Below are positions 23,028 to 36,228 of a DNA stretch of 64,000 bases, in pieces. Below the pieces are notes generated by a model, which searched no databases, was not told the origin of the DNA, and saw only the letters and a program-made list of their open reading frames with translations. Source of the DNA: Lama guanicoe. Taxonomy: Eukaryota. The translations under genes were made by a program, and so were the position numbers. Each line of letters opens with the position of its first letter. Within the stretch, counting starts at the first letter, position 1. The stretch covers positions 5,693,220 to 5,757,219 of the forward strand of contig MU054323.1 in NCBI GenBank assembly GCA_013239625.1, in the 5' to 3' direction.

Positions 23028-26001
23028 AAAAAAAAAAAAAGGGAGACCCTCAGTCTCATCCCAGGAGTCTCCAACGAGGACCAGCTTGGGCAGTTAATGG
23101 GTGAGTGGACTTAGCAGAGCCCAGGCAGGTCCATGATATCTGCTCCCAGCATCCTTCACTCCTTTACGTGACCTTGCGGTTTCTGCTCCTTTCTGTTTGC
23201 GCAGGAACTGTGTGTTTTGGACTTTTAAAGTTCCAATTTTTATTCTAATTCTAGTTTTGTTTGTGAAAGGGTGCTCAGCAGCATAAGGATGCAGTTAGCT
23301 AAAGACAGTGTTTCCTTAGCCCACCTGGAGAAAGCACTGAACAGTGGGTAATACCTACCACTTTAGAAATAGGAAGAAAACATAAAGGATTTTTTTTAAT
23401 CCCAGCAGCTATTTAAAAGATAAACAGTAAATACAAGTGGAATTATACCAACTAACCATATTACCAGCAGTCAATTGCTGCAGAATAAACATTCTTATTT
23501 CCAGGGCGTTCTAATATATTCAAAGACATGGAGAATGGCACCAGAAGAATTTATCACTGACATTTGCTAAATTAGATATTCCCGAGGTTTGCCTATATGG
23601 ATGACAACATTTTTAGCACTTCAAGGTCCTTGCAAGAAAAAGTCTCTATAAAAATTCAGGACAGTATTGTTATCATCAACACTTTAAAATTGACTGTGAT
23701 TGTTACAGCAGTTTTAAAATCAAAGGGACCTAAAAAGAAGGGGAAAATTATATGTGTACTCTATAGTTGAATTTTTATACATGAGATTTAAAACACAATA
23801 TTGTGATGTTTATTTCTGATAAATTTGTTTTTATCCAAGACTTTTCTCTGAGTCAAAGTCAATGTAGAGTTTATCGAAGACCCACCAGCCAGATAGTATC
23901 CATCAACAACCCGCCATTAACCAGTGCGCCACGTTTGACAGTTCAGTTCTTAACCTGTTTAACCATGCTTTCCATTTCGGCTGCTGTCCTAATTAATGAC
24001 TAATCTATAAAATTAGGATAATAAAACATACTTCATACATGTCACATACATAATTACAAGGAGTGAACCACATCACACATGGTACCTCGGTAAATATTTT
24101 AATTGTATGTTTCGCATTACTTTTTCCTGGCATTCTGATAATGCTTATGATCTTTACTCTTGGGTTTCCAAGGCTATTTAGAAATAAATAATAACAAAAT
24201 AAAAAGATCTTTTCGTTATGATATAATCTCCTCATGTGGACATTTTCCAAAAGCCACTCAAAAGAATCAGAGGCCTTGGGTATCAGTTTGAGGCTCTTGG
24301 GCTGGGGGACCCAATCCTCCGTGGCTCAAGACCAAACATCCATGATTACCATGGTCCAGCTCTATCCCAGATTAAAATCTAGAAATAGACTGAACTGCAA
24401 ACATTTTTGAACTATCTTACTAGAAATGTATTTGTTCTCCTGCATCATTTTTGCTTCTTTCCCTCTTTTGAAGTCTCAATATTCTACTTTAGGAAAATTC
24501 TCAAAATTATGATGGATGCCCCCAGCCTCCCCCCCAGCAGCAGATCTGGGCTTCCTGGTCATGTGTTCCCCAAGCTTTCTCTCCTTTCCCTCCTCCAATG
24601 ACCCATCAGCTGTACTTATCTCTCTAAGTCTGTTTACGAAGACTATGCAAACTCCAACAACCTCCAGAACTCAGAAACAATAAATTCCTCAGGTCAAGGG
24701 CTACAGTTGGTATCAGTTTCAAATCCTCGGTAGGTGCTGTCAACAGTGGGTTCTCAACAATCTTTGAATGGAACTTATCTTTTTTGTTACTGTGATGCTG
24801 TCAGCAGGTAGTAACAATGCTGAGATTTGGGTCTAGACATTATGTTGGTGCCTCCAGTCAAGCCTGTTCAATAAAAGATGAGCCTTATCCAGGCCACCTC
24901 AGCTCCAGTTGACCCTTCCACAGTGCCATATGCAAACATGAGCCTGGAGGTATGGGATATGCAGCATCACCCAATGACTCAGCCCTCCAGGGTCAAGGAC
25001 GACTGTTAACAAGAGCACAAGGAAATTTGTAAACCTGCTATAAAGCTTAAATAAGAATTTCAACCTTGCTCCTGTTTGAAGGCTTCCCCACCAAATTGGA
25101 TTGTATTTACACTTGCCATATATATTTGTGTACACATATATACATAACAACTGATACTACCTAACACTTTATGGACACATATAATTCTTAAACTTCTACA
25201 TAACATTAAATATAAGGCACAGACATGACCTTAGAACGACATGCAATGAAACACATCACACTGCAGCCATATCCATCAAAGCCCCATTCAGCTACCCTAG
25301 CAAGACACAAGGGAATTTGAATCATCAGTTAATGTTCTGATCTGTGGGTAATACCTAACCACAATTTAAGTTTAACCAACCCCATAACTTCTTTGGCTTT
25401 CTTCAGCAGAGGACCCACAATGCATAAAAATAAAATACTTCATCCTGGTTTTTCTCCTCGAGGGCATCTTTTTATGTGAGGAGACATTATATGCTCAGAC
25501 CCATGAAAAGTACTAGAATTAGATTTCCATGATCGTTTTATGGGTTGAGGCCACCGATGCATCCCGAGAGGCCAAACTTTCTCCTGGCAGAAACCTGGGC
25601 CCTGGCTGTGTTCACCACATTGGGTTCTTGTCTTCGACCTCTTCCATCTTTCATGCTGTGATATCTCTCTGCCTGCCCACCAGGCATGGAATAGGAAATT
25701 CTCTGTCTGCTCTGGGTACCGACCCCAGAGTGTACCTCTGCAACTTTCTGTTACAAACGAGAACTTCCAATAAAAAAGAAACCACAAATCTCAGACTCTG
25801 CAACGCTTCCCCTGGATTTCTAACTCTAAGTTGTGGCCATTGTACAAAAGTAACCTGTGACTAACTGTGTCTCACTGTGATGAACAATCAGACTTACCAA
25901 ATACATATGGTAAGTATAAATACAAAATACAGACCAATCAGATATTAGGAACCAAATATCTCAATTAAGATTTTGTGGGTCAGAAACGCCTAGACACACA
26001 T

Positions 26002-26110
26002 ACCTAGAAGCACCTTCGGAGATCACACAGTCAACCCCCTCACTTTACATATGAGGACACTAAGGCATAAGTGTCTAAGAGAACTTGAGTCCTGCTCTCC
26101 AGACACTACC
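26002..26110 (-). mobile_element. MIR SINE fragment
   Basis: GCACCTTCGGAGATCACACAGTCAACCCCCTCACTTTACATATGAGGACACTAAGGC. Confidence 0.7.
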
Positions 26111-28849
26111 CCACCAGGTGCTCCACCCCCGCCTCAACACCAGCCACCCAAGGAATCAGTATGCGTTCAAGGTTCTAATATGCCAAAGTGATTTTTCCAA
26201 CACCGAGTCTGTTTTCTGCTTTGCTCAACTAACTTCCCACCTCCCTTGATGAACAGACATATATTAGAATTCTATGGTATTAATTCTTTTATAAAATAAT
26301 GCTTTGGTTAGATCCTTCAAAATAGGCGCTGGCAAAAGAGCCACGAGTAACCCTCTCCATTGCACAGCGCTCTGTGTCTTACAAATAACTTTCACTGATT
26401 ATATCTCACTTGATCAAGTAAACAAACACAGGGGTTCTTTGTTTAGGGAGAGAGGAAAGGAAAAGGGAGAGAGAGCTGAGTAACAGAAGGGTCCATCAGA
26501 AAAAGAGATTCACACTCATGGGTGGGGCTTGACGTAAACATATTTTTCTGTTTTGGTGCTGGGGGTTGAAAGCCTGCGTCCCCATCGTGATCTCCCTTTT
26601 GAGGAGCTCAAGCCTGAGAATCTGACTGAAATAGAAATCACCAGGCTTCGTGGCAAGGCACTGACCTCAGACCCGTCAGAACTCCCAGCACTGGAGTTTG
26701 CAAAACGAGTTCCCGAGAACCTGCACCGCCCCCAGTGGGGCCTGGGCAAGGCAGGGTGTGTGTTTAGGCAGAAAGTGAAGACTCTGACAGCAGAGGCTGG
26801 AATCCGAGGAGGGGTCTGCTCTGGCGAGAAGCAGGTTCCAGCCTCTTCTGACCCAGATGAACAGATGGCCCCCTCACGGCTGTTTGGACATAAAAATCAA
26901 GGTTTTGTGGGGTTTTTTTTTTTGTCATTGATGATGAAAACATATTTATAATGTCACACACAAAATCCTACTATCTGATCCTGTCAAGTTTCCATTTCTC
27001 CATCATCTCTGGTTCTCCTTCTCCACATACACATTTTTTTTACAGCTGTAAGAGGTTACATAAAATTGTGTATCCTATTTTTATGGTATTTTTATCTGTT
27101 TTGTACTTTTTCCAAGTTTCCATGTCACAATGGCCTTGATTTGTATAATCTTAATTTAAGGGGGGAGGGTGCAGATTATCCCAAAACTTGTAAATAAAGA
27201 GAACTTCTGGGTATCAAGCTAAGTCAGTTTGCCCGGGAAGAGCTAAGCCAGCCACAGAAGGAAGCCAGGATCCGATCTGTCAGAACCAGGCTGAGATGCT
27301 AACCACTGACATGCCTGGGTGGAGCCTCAGGGAGCCTGGGCTATGAAATGACAGCTCAAGTTTAGGACATGTGTCCAGCAGTGCCTGAGAGGGAGGCCCA
27401 GCATGAGGCTTGGACATTTGGCCACCAGGGAGGTGCCCTCCTCTCTCAGCTGGGAGTGTCCCTCAGACTCCACCAAGGCCCAAATCAAGTCTCCCCCTTG
27501 GCTCTAATTCCTCAGCTCTAATTCCACTCAGCAGTTTGAGGTGACATCTCATCCTTCCAGAAGCACTGTCCAGAGATTCTGCCCTGAGTGACAAGTTGAA
27601 GCATTCTAGTCACCATCTACGCATCTGCCATTGGAAATGCATGATCTGGTTCCCACTTACACAACAGGCCCACGTGATGAGTATCTTCTCCTCTGAGGCC
27701 CTGGCCACCCCGGTATATAAAGAGACTACTGGGTGTCTGAGCGCACGGACTGAAAGCAGCGACCACATCAGGCTGCATGACACCAACAAAGCCCTGGCCA
27801 CGGGCAAGCTGGCACCCCTCCAGGGCCTGGCCTTCTCCCTTTACCAACTGGGCCACGCCAGGGAGTAACTTAACCAGGATATGGTTGCTGTTCCCTGGGG
27901 CTGGTTATCATGCTTGTTCATAGCATTACGCTCATCTAGAGAAGATTGGCAAAAATGCCCCGTGCCTTTGGCTTTTGTATTTAAGGGATTATGAGGATGG
28001 CTGAAGATTATATTCCCCCATTCAGGAGCTCTTTGTCCACAGGGCTGAAAAATTCCAGGATGGGGATTTACAGAGTGCCAGAGGAATCCAAGAGTAAGAA
28101 CAAAGAGGTTTCATTTTTAATTCTGGGACTCAAACTCTGAGCCATGGAGGCTATTGACTCCCAAGGGCAGTGCCTATGGTGTCATGACACCGCACAGCAT
28201 CCCCTCCAGAATGCCATCCAGCTGCTGAACCCCCATGTCCTGTCCCCCTGCCCTCAGACATGCCTGGCCCTAGCTCGAGAAAGCCTGAGCCGCTCTAGAC
28301 CATGGCAAAGTCCCTCTCATCTTCAAATCTCTATTCCCTATTAAATTTAAACTTGAATTATGTATTTGCCTTCCCTCAGATAACATTGTCTTCCGCAATA
28401 TGAAATTAGATGGAGGTGACAGGAATGATTGCTGAGTTGTTTGAATTTCAATCATTAGACTCAAAAAAGAAAAGGTAACTCAACGAACTTGTCATTAAAA
28501 GTACTATATTTCATCCCAGATAGAACATACTAGAATAAAAGGTTCTTGGGCACATTTTTGTGATGCACAGAAGAATTCAAATTTTCCCACGTATATGTCA
28601 CCTTTTAATAATATTGAAACTAATATGGCTGATTGTCCCAAGGAAAAAGCCATTCTTTTCTATATTGGAGGCCAGCAGCCCATGACCAGCCTGTCAAAGG
28701 TGACCTGCATGGGGATTCGGAGGGAAGCCAGACAACGCACAGTGCATCGATTTTCCTGACTTCGACTCTCAGCATTACTAAGACTTTGGCTCCCTCATTG
28801 CTCTGGCTCTTTCTTCTCCTGGCTAACACACAGAAGAAGCTGGAATCTC

Positions 28850-29720
28850 TGAGGAACAGCTCTCTGTCCAAGACTCCTGGCCCAAGGGAGGTTTGCAGTT
28901 GCACATGCCTCCAATGTAACATATCCAAATGGAATGCATCATCTCCACAACCCCCTCCACACACACACACCCACATATACCACACGCACAGCACGGACAC
29001 ATATGTGCAACACACACAGACACACACTCCTTTTCTTAGATTCCTGTTTTGATGAATGAGCTCATGAGCCTCCAAGCTGCTGAAACCAAACCCTGGATAA
29101 TTCTCAAATCTCTCCCCTCCTCCCTCCATTCCCCAATAGCCGTGAACTCTAAGCACTATCTACCCTAACCCCTGAACACCTTATTCTCTACCCCACGACT
29201 AGAGTTCTCATTATCTCTCATCTGAACAAACACCTCAGTATCAGAAGATGCTATCATTAAAGCGATTGCACAACACCTTGACAATGCAGGCCATTGATCA
29301 GTTACTGGGTGCACTGAGTGAGGCATCGCCGAAACACTCCTGCCCTTGGGTCATTCGCAGCCTACTGAAACACATGCTGCCCGGCCATGAAGAAGCGAGA
29401 GAAGGAAGCAGTGTCATGCTAAAGTGACAACCGAATACAATAACGCCCGAGTGAGCTCTCTGGAGGGGAAAAGACTGATGGGGTGGGATTTACCAGGAAG
29501 GCTTCCTGGAGGAAGTAGGAACTTGAGCTAAGCCTCCAAGACAGAGCAGAGCTTGAACCTGTGAAGGAGAAGGAAGAGTGGAGCAAAACCTAGAGAGCCA
29601 GAGAACCATGGGCCACTCGGAGAAGGAGGAGAGTTGCCACTTTATCAGAGGTAAGAAGTGGGAAAAAGCAGGATGAGTCAAAATGAGGAGGCAGGCGCTC
29701 CTGAGCACGAGTCTGGGCGG
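28850..29720. mobile_element. L2 fragments (plus ~28850-29225 with a CA-rich insert; minus ~29290-29720)
   Basis: TAACATATCCAAATGGAATGCATCATCTCC and CAGGAAGGCTTCCTGGAGGAAGTAGGAACTTGAGCTAAGCCT are typical L2 segments. Confidence 0.55.
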
Positions 29721-30337
29721 TTACATGGACCAGGGAGGATACAACAGGGAGGCCAAAATTTCTAGAAAAGGAGTGAATGAGAGTGGGCTCTCCTCCCTGC
29801 TGAGCTCAAAAAAGGCAAAGTGGGTGAGTGGTCAGTAAACCTAGGCCTGGAACCAAAACCACAGCCGCTGTCTAAAGCCACCTTCTTGGCTGAGGCCCCA
29901 GTGTCTTGTTCTGTCTGCTGTCTGCCCTCCCAGTCTACTAGGGGCATCAGGGGCATGCAGCTCTTTTTCAAACCAGTGGCCAATTTCTCCCGGGATCCAG
30001 GAAAGCATCCACTTAGACCACTAAAATCTATAAATTCCACGGTCAAAATGCACCACATTAGACAATTGTGGGGTTAACAGTGGGGAGGTCAGGAGGGAAT
30101 TTCCAACAGAAAAGCTGTTTATTCACTGGGGAGAGAAAAGGGCACTTTATCCTGCCCAGAGAAGCACAGGCTTGAGCTGCATATTCCTTCAGGTTTGGAA
30201 ACCAACTAAACAGGCCCAGGACATTCAAATTAGTCCTGAGCAATGGCAGAGGGAAATTAAGAATTCACTTCCTGGGGCCTGGAAAGAGTGAGCCAATAAT
30301 AGAGGATGTGCTTAGTTTTTAAAAGCAGATGTCTTCC

Positions 30338-31028
30338 TTCCTCAAAAACTAAAAATAGATTTACCCTGTGATCCAGCAATCCCACTTCTGGGCATATATC
30401 TGGAAGGAACTCTAATTCAAAAAGATATATGCACCACTCTTTACATAGATATATGCACCACTCATAGCAGCACTCTTTACAATAGCCAAGACATGGAAGC
30501 ACCCTAAATGTCCATCAACAGATGACTGGATAAAGACGCCGTGGTGTATTTATACAATGGAATGCTATTTGGCCATAAAAAAGAATAAAATAATAACATT
30601 TGCAGCAACATGGATGGACATGGAGGTCATCATTCTAAGTGAAGCAAGCCAGAAAGAGAAAGAAAAATACCACATGATATCACTCATATGTGGAATCTAA
30701 AAAAAGAGAAAAGACACTAAAGAACTTATCTACAAAACAGAAACAAACTCAGACACAGTAAACAAACTTATGGTTACCGTGAGAAAAGGGGGTGGGAAGG
30801 GATAAAGTGGGAGTTTGAGATTTGCAAATATTAACTACTATATATAAAGTAGATAAATAACAAGTTTCTTCTGTATAGCAGAGGGAACTATATTCAATAT
30901 CTTGTATTAACCTACAATGAAAAAAATATGAAAAAAGTACATGTATGTATATGTATGACTGAGACATTATGCTGTACACCAGAAATTGACACAACATTGT
31001 AAACTGACTGTACTTCAATTAAAAAAAA
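30338..31028 (+). mobile_element. Young 5'-truncated L1 (camelid-like 3'UTR) with TSD
   Basis: ORF2 end (TTACCCTGTGATCCAGCAATCCCACTTCTGGG) and 3'UTR ending TGCTGTACACCAGAAATTGACACAACATTGTAAACTGACTGTACTTCAATT plus poly(A); 17-bp TSD AAAA(G/A)CA(G/A)ATGTCTTCC at 30321-30337 and 31029-31045. Confidence 0.95.
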
Positions 31029-31240
31029 AAAAACAAATGTCTTCCAACCCACTGGGTAGATAATCCAGGGAGAAGCTCTGATGGCCTCTAGGTTCATGTG
31101 AGCACCTCAGCCAGGAAAAAAAAAAAAAGCAGCCAGAGGCAGCCGGGACAAGAGGCTGGAGTCAGACAAGAGCAAGGTGGAAAGGGAGAGCTCAGCCTTG
31201 GAATCTAGGCTTCATGACCATTCCCACAGCCTTTCAAAGA

Positions 31241-31500
31241 GTAGAAAGAACCACGGCTCGCGCTTGGGATATCTGTGTTTTAATTCCTGCTCCGCTACTT
31301 ACTGGTTGTGATATTCAAGAAAGTTGCTCACCCAGTCTAGGCTTCAGAACACTTCCCTATAAAACAGACGTTACAAGACCTCCCCCCGCCAACCACCACT
31401 ACTGCAGAGGGTTTGCTGAAGGGTTGAAATGAGCCAATAGCCAAGGAAGCAGTTTGTCACTGTGTGGCCCTACGCTCAGAAAAGGGTATGTTATCATCAT
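31241..31500 (+). mobile_element. MIR SINE
   Basis: GTAGAAAGAACCACGGCT..TTTTAATTCCTGCTCCGCTACTTACTGGTTGTGA..GGGTTTGCTGAAGGGTTGAAATGAG. Confidence 0.7.
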
Positions 31501-32174
31501 GATGTGCTCACCATGGCCCCGGGCCAGAGAAGGGGAAATATGATCACACAGAGTCAGGCACTGCCCTCAAGGAGTTCATAATCAGACTCGGAAGAGAGGA
31601 ACAACACCCAAAGACAATCATTAGATGAGTTAAATGCTCCTATCCAGACTGCTATGTGCTGCAGGAAAATGGTGGTAGATGTAATCAGAAAAGACTGCCC
31701 AGGAGAATTTGAACATGAGCTGGACCACAAAGGACAGGCTAAAATCTGAAAAGATGGAAAAGATGAGAATGGGAAAGAAAAAGAAAGCTGCAAACATCAG
31801 AAATGTAGGCCAAAAGTCCAGTTTTAGATCTCATTCATGGCTGATGGACAGGGAAGCCTCTGAGGCTGCAATCCCATTCATTTACTTATTTTTCTTTATG
31901 AGCAAAGTTAAGAGATCTGGAAACTCTAAGGAAGGGAAAAAAAGAAAAAGAAAATTAACATTACCATGATTTCATCACCTGGGATAACCAGGGTTATTTT
32001 ATTACATATCCTTAAAGCCTTTTTCAAATTTTCTTCTACAAGATCATTTTTAAATGCTTGCATGAATTTTATTACACAAATGTAAAAGAATTATGTCATT
32101 TCCCTATTGATGGGATTTTAAAATATTTCTAAATCATATGAACAATATTTCAAAGTTTGTGATTGGGAATGTGG

Positions 32175-32315
32175 AATTCTAGAGTAAGAGCGTCTGGGTT
32201 CAAATTCTGTCTCTATCATTTAATATCTGAGTTACCTTGGGTGAATTTAGCTCTCTAAACTCAGCTTCCTACTCTTACGAAGAGGGATAAAAACAGAATC
32301 TAACACATAGAGTTT
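32175..32315 (+). mobile_element. MIR SINE
   Basis: CTGGGTTCAAATTCTGTCTCTATCATTTAATATCTGAGTTACCTTGGGTGA..CTCTCTAAACTCAGCTTCCT. Confidence 0.75.
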
Positions 32316-32325
32316 TTTTTTTAAG

Positions 32326-32770
32326 CATGGTAATATTTATATAAAGGAATACTACTCAGCTATAAATAAGAAGTGAATTATAGGTACGTGCAATAACATG
32401 GAGGACTCTCAAAATAATCATGCTGGATGAATGAAAGAAGCCAGAACAAAAAGGGGGTATGTAGGGTACAGTTCCACTTGTATAAAATTCCAGAAAATGC
32501 ACTCTATATTGACTGAGAGTAGATCAGTGGATGCCTGGGATGGGGGTGGGACATGGAAGTGCAGGAGGAAAGAAATACAAACGGCAGGAAGAAACGTTTG
32601 GGGGTGATGGGTATATTCATTATCTTGATGATTGTAATAATTTCATGAGTATATACTTATGTCAAATGTTATCAAATCATACACTTTAAATAGAGTACAC
32701 CTTGTTTACACTATGCACAGTGTGCTGTGTGCAGTTTTCTGTGTTAATTACACCTTAATAAAGTTGTAAA
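32326..32770 (+). mobile_element. Old L1 (L1MD/ME-like) 3' end
   Basis: GGAATACTACTCAGCTATAAA..GAAAGAAGCCAGA..TATAAAATTCCAGAAAATGCA..TTTGGGGGTGATGGGTATATTCATTATCTTGAT..CACCTTAATAAAGTTG. Confidence 0.85.
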
Positions 32771-32789
32771 CATACTCTTTTTAAAATTT

Positions 32790-33245
32790 GTGCTAAAATA
32801 AACCACCACCAGCAATGTACGGGTCTGCCTTTTGTCTTCTCCGTCGTGAACACTGGGTATCCTTATATTTTAAATATTTTTGCCAAGCTGATAAACAAAA
32901 ATAAAGGAATCTCATTATCATTTTAAATTATGTTTCTGCCCTTTCAAATGAAGTATAAAATATTCCTTTATTTTTGTGTATTTGCATTTCTTTTCTATGA
33001 ATTATATATTGATATGTTTTGCTCATTTTTGTTGGTGTGTTTATCCTTTTCCTTATTTATTTCCCGCTGTGGTTATGCAAGTATGTCTTCCCAGATTTTT
33101 CCCATACAAATACACATACTTTTTTAAAACCAAAATAGGATCATACTTTATATCCTATTCTGTAACCCACTTTTTACGCTAACATAATGTGAATATCTCT
33201 CAATGTCGATAAATGTGCAGCTACATCATAGTTTTAATGGCTAGA
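32790..33245 (-). mobile_element. Degraded L1ME fragments
   Basis: CCACCAGCAATGTAC..CACTGGGTAT..TTTTTGCCAAGCTGATA..ATCTCATT..TTTGCTCATTTT. Confidence 0.55.
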
Positions 33246-35419
33246 GCAGCAATTCTTAATGCTGCTCCTTAAATCATATTTCAGTTTCAGAAAATGGAAT
33301 GAGGCTCTCCCTCATTTCAAAGGGAGTTGAGAGGAACTTCACAAATCACTTTTTTATTTGCTACAGCCTCGTAGAAACCACAGCAGATTCTTCGACGAAT
33401 GACAACCAGGAATCCTCCTCACCCTGAAAGGGAACTCTATGAAACTGACTCTTGCTAACTTTTTTTTACAGTTCCCCTAGAACAGTGCTGATAATGAAAT
33501 TTTCAGCTAGCCGCACTTCACTTGACAAATTATGAAGAGATCAATTTGTTCCCATTAGTCTGCACTTCATTAATACCCAAGATGAGGTCCACTCTAGTAA
33601 ATAGTGAACAACCTTTGGCTCAAGTAGAGATGTCTCTTTGTCAAGGTCTTAAGAGAAACTCTTCCTTAAAGTTCAAAAGGAAATACCTGGGTTAAAATTA
33701 AAAAGCTGCTCCTTTTAAAGGTCAGACAAAAAATTGGTGACGTCCTATGAGAAATAGAATTATTATTCAGTGCAATGCACTGCTATGACATTGGGGTTAA
33801 GAATTTAAAACAACACAGCTTAAGAATGAAAAGTTATGGTTTACCAGCAATAGTAATCTATCTGTTTTGCAAGTTACCTTTGAGTGACACTTAATATCCA
33901 GGCTCCGTCATCCAATGGGCTGAAAGAATTATTCAAATTGAGGTCAGTAGAACCTTACTTAAAAATCATCATTCCATTCCCTTTTGTATTGTGTTTCAAA
34001 CAAGTCAACCACATAAATGAGGAAATATTCAGTTTGAAGGTCAGATTGACTGACCACGCTGGCTGGGATTTTTATGTTTTAAAACCACTGATCAGAAACA
34101 AAGCATTATTTGTAAAGGAGAAAACCAGGAGTTGGGTTGCAATAACCAGTCCGCGGCAGCACAAGCATTTCAAAAAGTCCTTTCCCCGCTGATGATTAGA
34201 AAGCCACCGAACGTTCAGCAAACACTAGGGCCTCTGCTGGGCCTCACATAATTCTGCGTGCCGGCAAGAACATCACCATCTAAGTGGATGAAGAGATGGG
34301 CAGGTAAACACCTCACTTCCTGAGGGGGCTGAGTGTAATCAGAAAGAAAAAGTTTGCTGTGAGCACAAGAAGCCAGTGATGCAAGAGACAGCGTTTCCAC
34401 GCGAGGAGGGAAAGAAACAGGACTTTGCAAGCCCACCCATCTTACTACCTGTGGGTGCAGAACACCAACGCTGGAAATAACAATTGTGAGAGAGATTTTA
34501 AAATCTCGATGATCCTTAAAATAAATCAAAGAGGGGAAAAGTGCAATTCAAGTAGCTAAGCTAACGAGCACTTTTTCCAGAAAGGTGATAAAAAGCAATT
34601 ACACCTTAACAGAAAAGCTCTCTGTCTGTGGATGTTTTCTCCCCCAACTTAATACTTTATCAAGTTTCCCACAAATATTAGATGTTTCCAATAAACTAGA
34701 AACTGACAGCTCATTTGAGAGTGAGAGGACTCTCGTGCACAGCATCAACTGCCTGAGACGAAAAACCCTGATGAGTGAGGAACCAGATGCCCTTCAAAGT
34801 AGGTGCCAAGGTCAGTGGGTAGGTAGGGAACAGTGCAAACACTCCTGCAGCCCCCTCCCCGGATGACAAGGACACGTGCATTGCATGAATTAGGGCCATG
34901 GGGGTTAAGACATGGGGATGTGAGACCCATCAGCTGCAAAGAATCGGGAGGATGAGTAAGTCTGACCACCCAGTCGCCAGCAGGTCCAGGAAAATCCCTC
35001 AGTTCCCCACAGCTTAGTCTGAGGTCTGCAAACCCAGGGAAGGATTTGGGACCAAAGGAGTTGGAAGTGCAGCCTGAGAGAGAGGAGCTTGGTGGTCAAA
35101 ACAGATCCTGTTCTGAGGCCTGAGTTGGCATGAAAGAGGACAGAACTTATGGGAAAGGGGAACTGAAATGAAGGGCTGAGGGACAAAGAAAATCCGACCA
35201 ACCCCACGGTGAGGCTGTTGCTGCTGGGTGTTTGCTCTTGGAGCTTGAGATGGTTCCCTGGGGCAGGGGGCAGAGGTCCCGCTGCAGAAACGGTGATGCC
35301 TGAGTAGGATCCTATCATTCTAGATTGTCTGCAAGGCCTCCTATCAGAGACCATAGAGCTCACAACATGGGAGACAGGCAGAGTGCTGGCGCCTGTGTAC
35401 TTAGGATAAATGCATTAAA

Positions 35420-36180
35420 ATAATTGCAAGATAATAGATATCTTCCAATGATGACAATAGATCAAAGGATGACTGGTATCCCTGAAGTAGAGACACAACA
35501 AGTGGCACAAAATAAATGAAAGACATAATAGGAAAAAAAACTTCCCTTAAATGAATGAAGAACTAAATCTCCGTAATTAAAAGAACATTCCAAGTGGACC
35601 ATGTTGCAGGAAATTTGAGACAGAATGAGCACTACCAAGATCAATCCTAGTAAATTACTGAACATTAAAAAAAAAAAACTGAGAGAATTCCTTAGGCATT
35701 TGAAAAGAGGAAACCAAAAGAAATGTACTTAAAAGGCCGATAAATAAGGCTAGCCTCAAGTTTCTTTATAGCAACATTAAAATACAGGGGGAAAAGGGAA
35801 CAGCATATGTGAGTTTCTGAAGGAAGAAAGTGTGATCCAAAAATTGTAGGCCCAACAAAATGTTGTTCGAGTGTAAAGGTGTCAGACAGGCATTCACAGA
35901 TTCATAAGAACTCAGGAAATACAGCACCCGGTAATCCCCTAGGAGAAAAAATTCGATGACAAAATCTAGCCATTCAAGAATGAATGGAGAAGTGGTGGTA
36001 AAAAGACCTATAATGCGCACTGAACCTACGTTTAAATGGAAGCTAAATAATTTTGTATGTACATGTACTTATGTATACATACACGTCTATACGGTACAAA
36101 TTGGAGACGTGCTATGAAAGAAATAAACAATACGAGATAGATGGTTAATGGTGGTTATCTCTGAAGGTAGAGGCAGTCAA
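35420..36180 (+). mobile_element. HAL1 / ancient L1 ORF1-like remnant
   Basis: AGGCTAGCCTCAAGTTTCTTTATAGCAACATTA (RLASxFxxATL) and GATCCAAAAATTGTAGGCCCAACAAAATG (cf. PRILYPAKL) are ORF1p C-terminal motifs; these are followed by 3'UTR-like GGTGGTTATCTCTG with no ORF2 in between. Confidence 0.6.
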
Positions 36181-36228
36181 GGGAGACAGGGAGAAGCAGT
36201 TTTATTCATTTATTTCTCCCATACTCTG

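Noticed and set aside
23344..25357. GTGGGTAATACCTA repeated exactly 2000 bp apart (23344, 25344)
   Set aside because: Several identical 14-mer pairs are expected by chance in 64 kb, and the flanks do not align further
28620..29156. Overlapping 139-178 aa ORFs
   Set aside because: They stay open because of a CA/TG-rich tract within an L2 fragment
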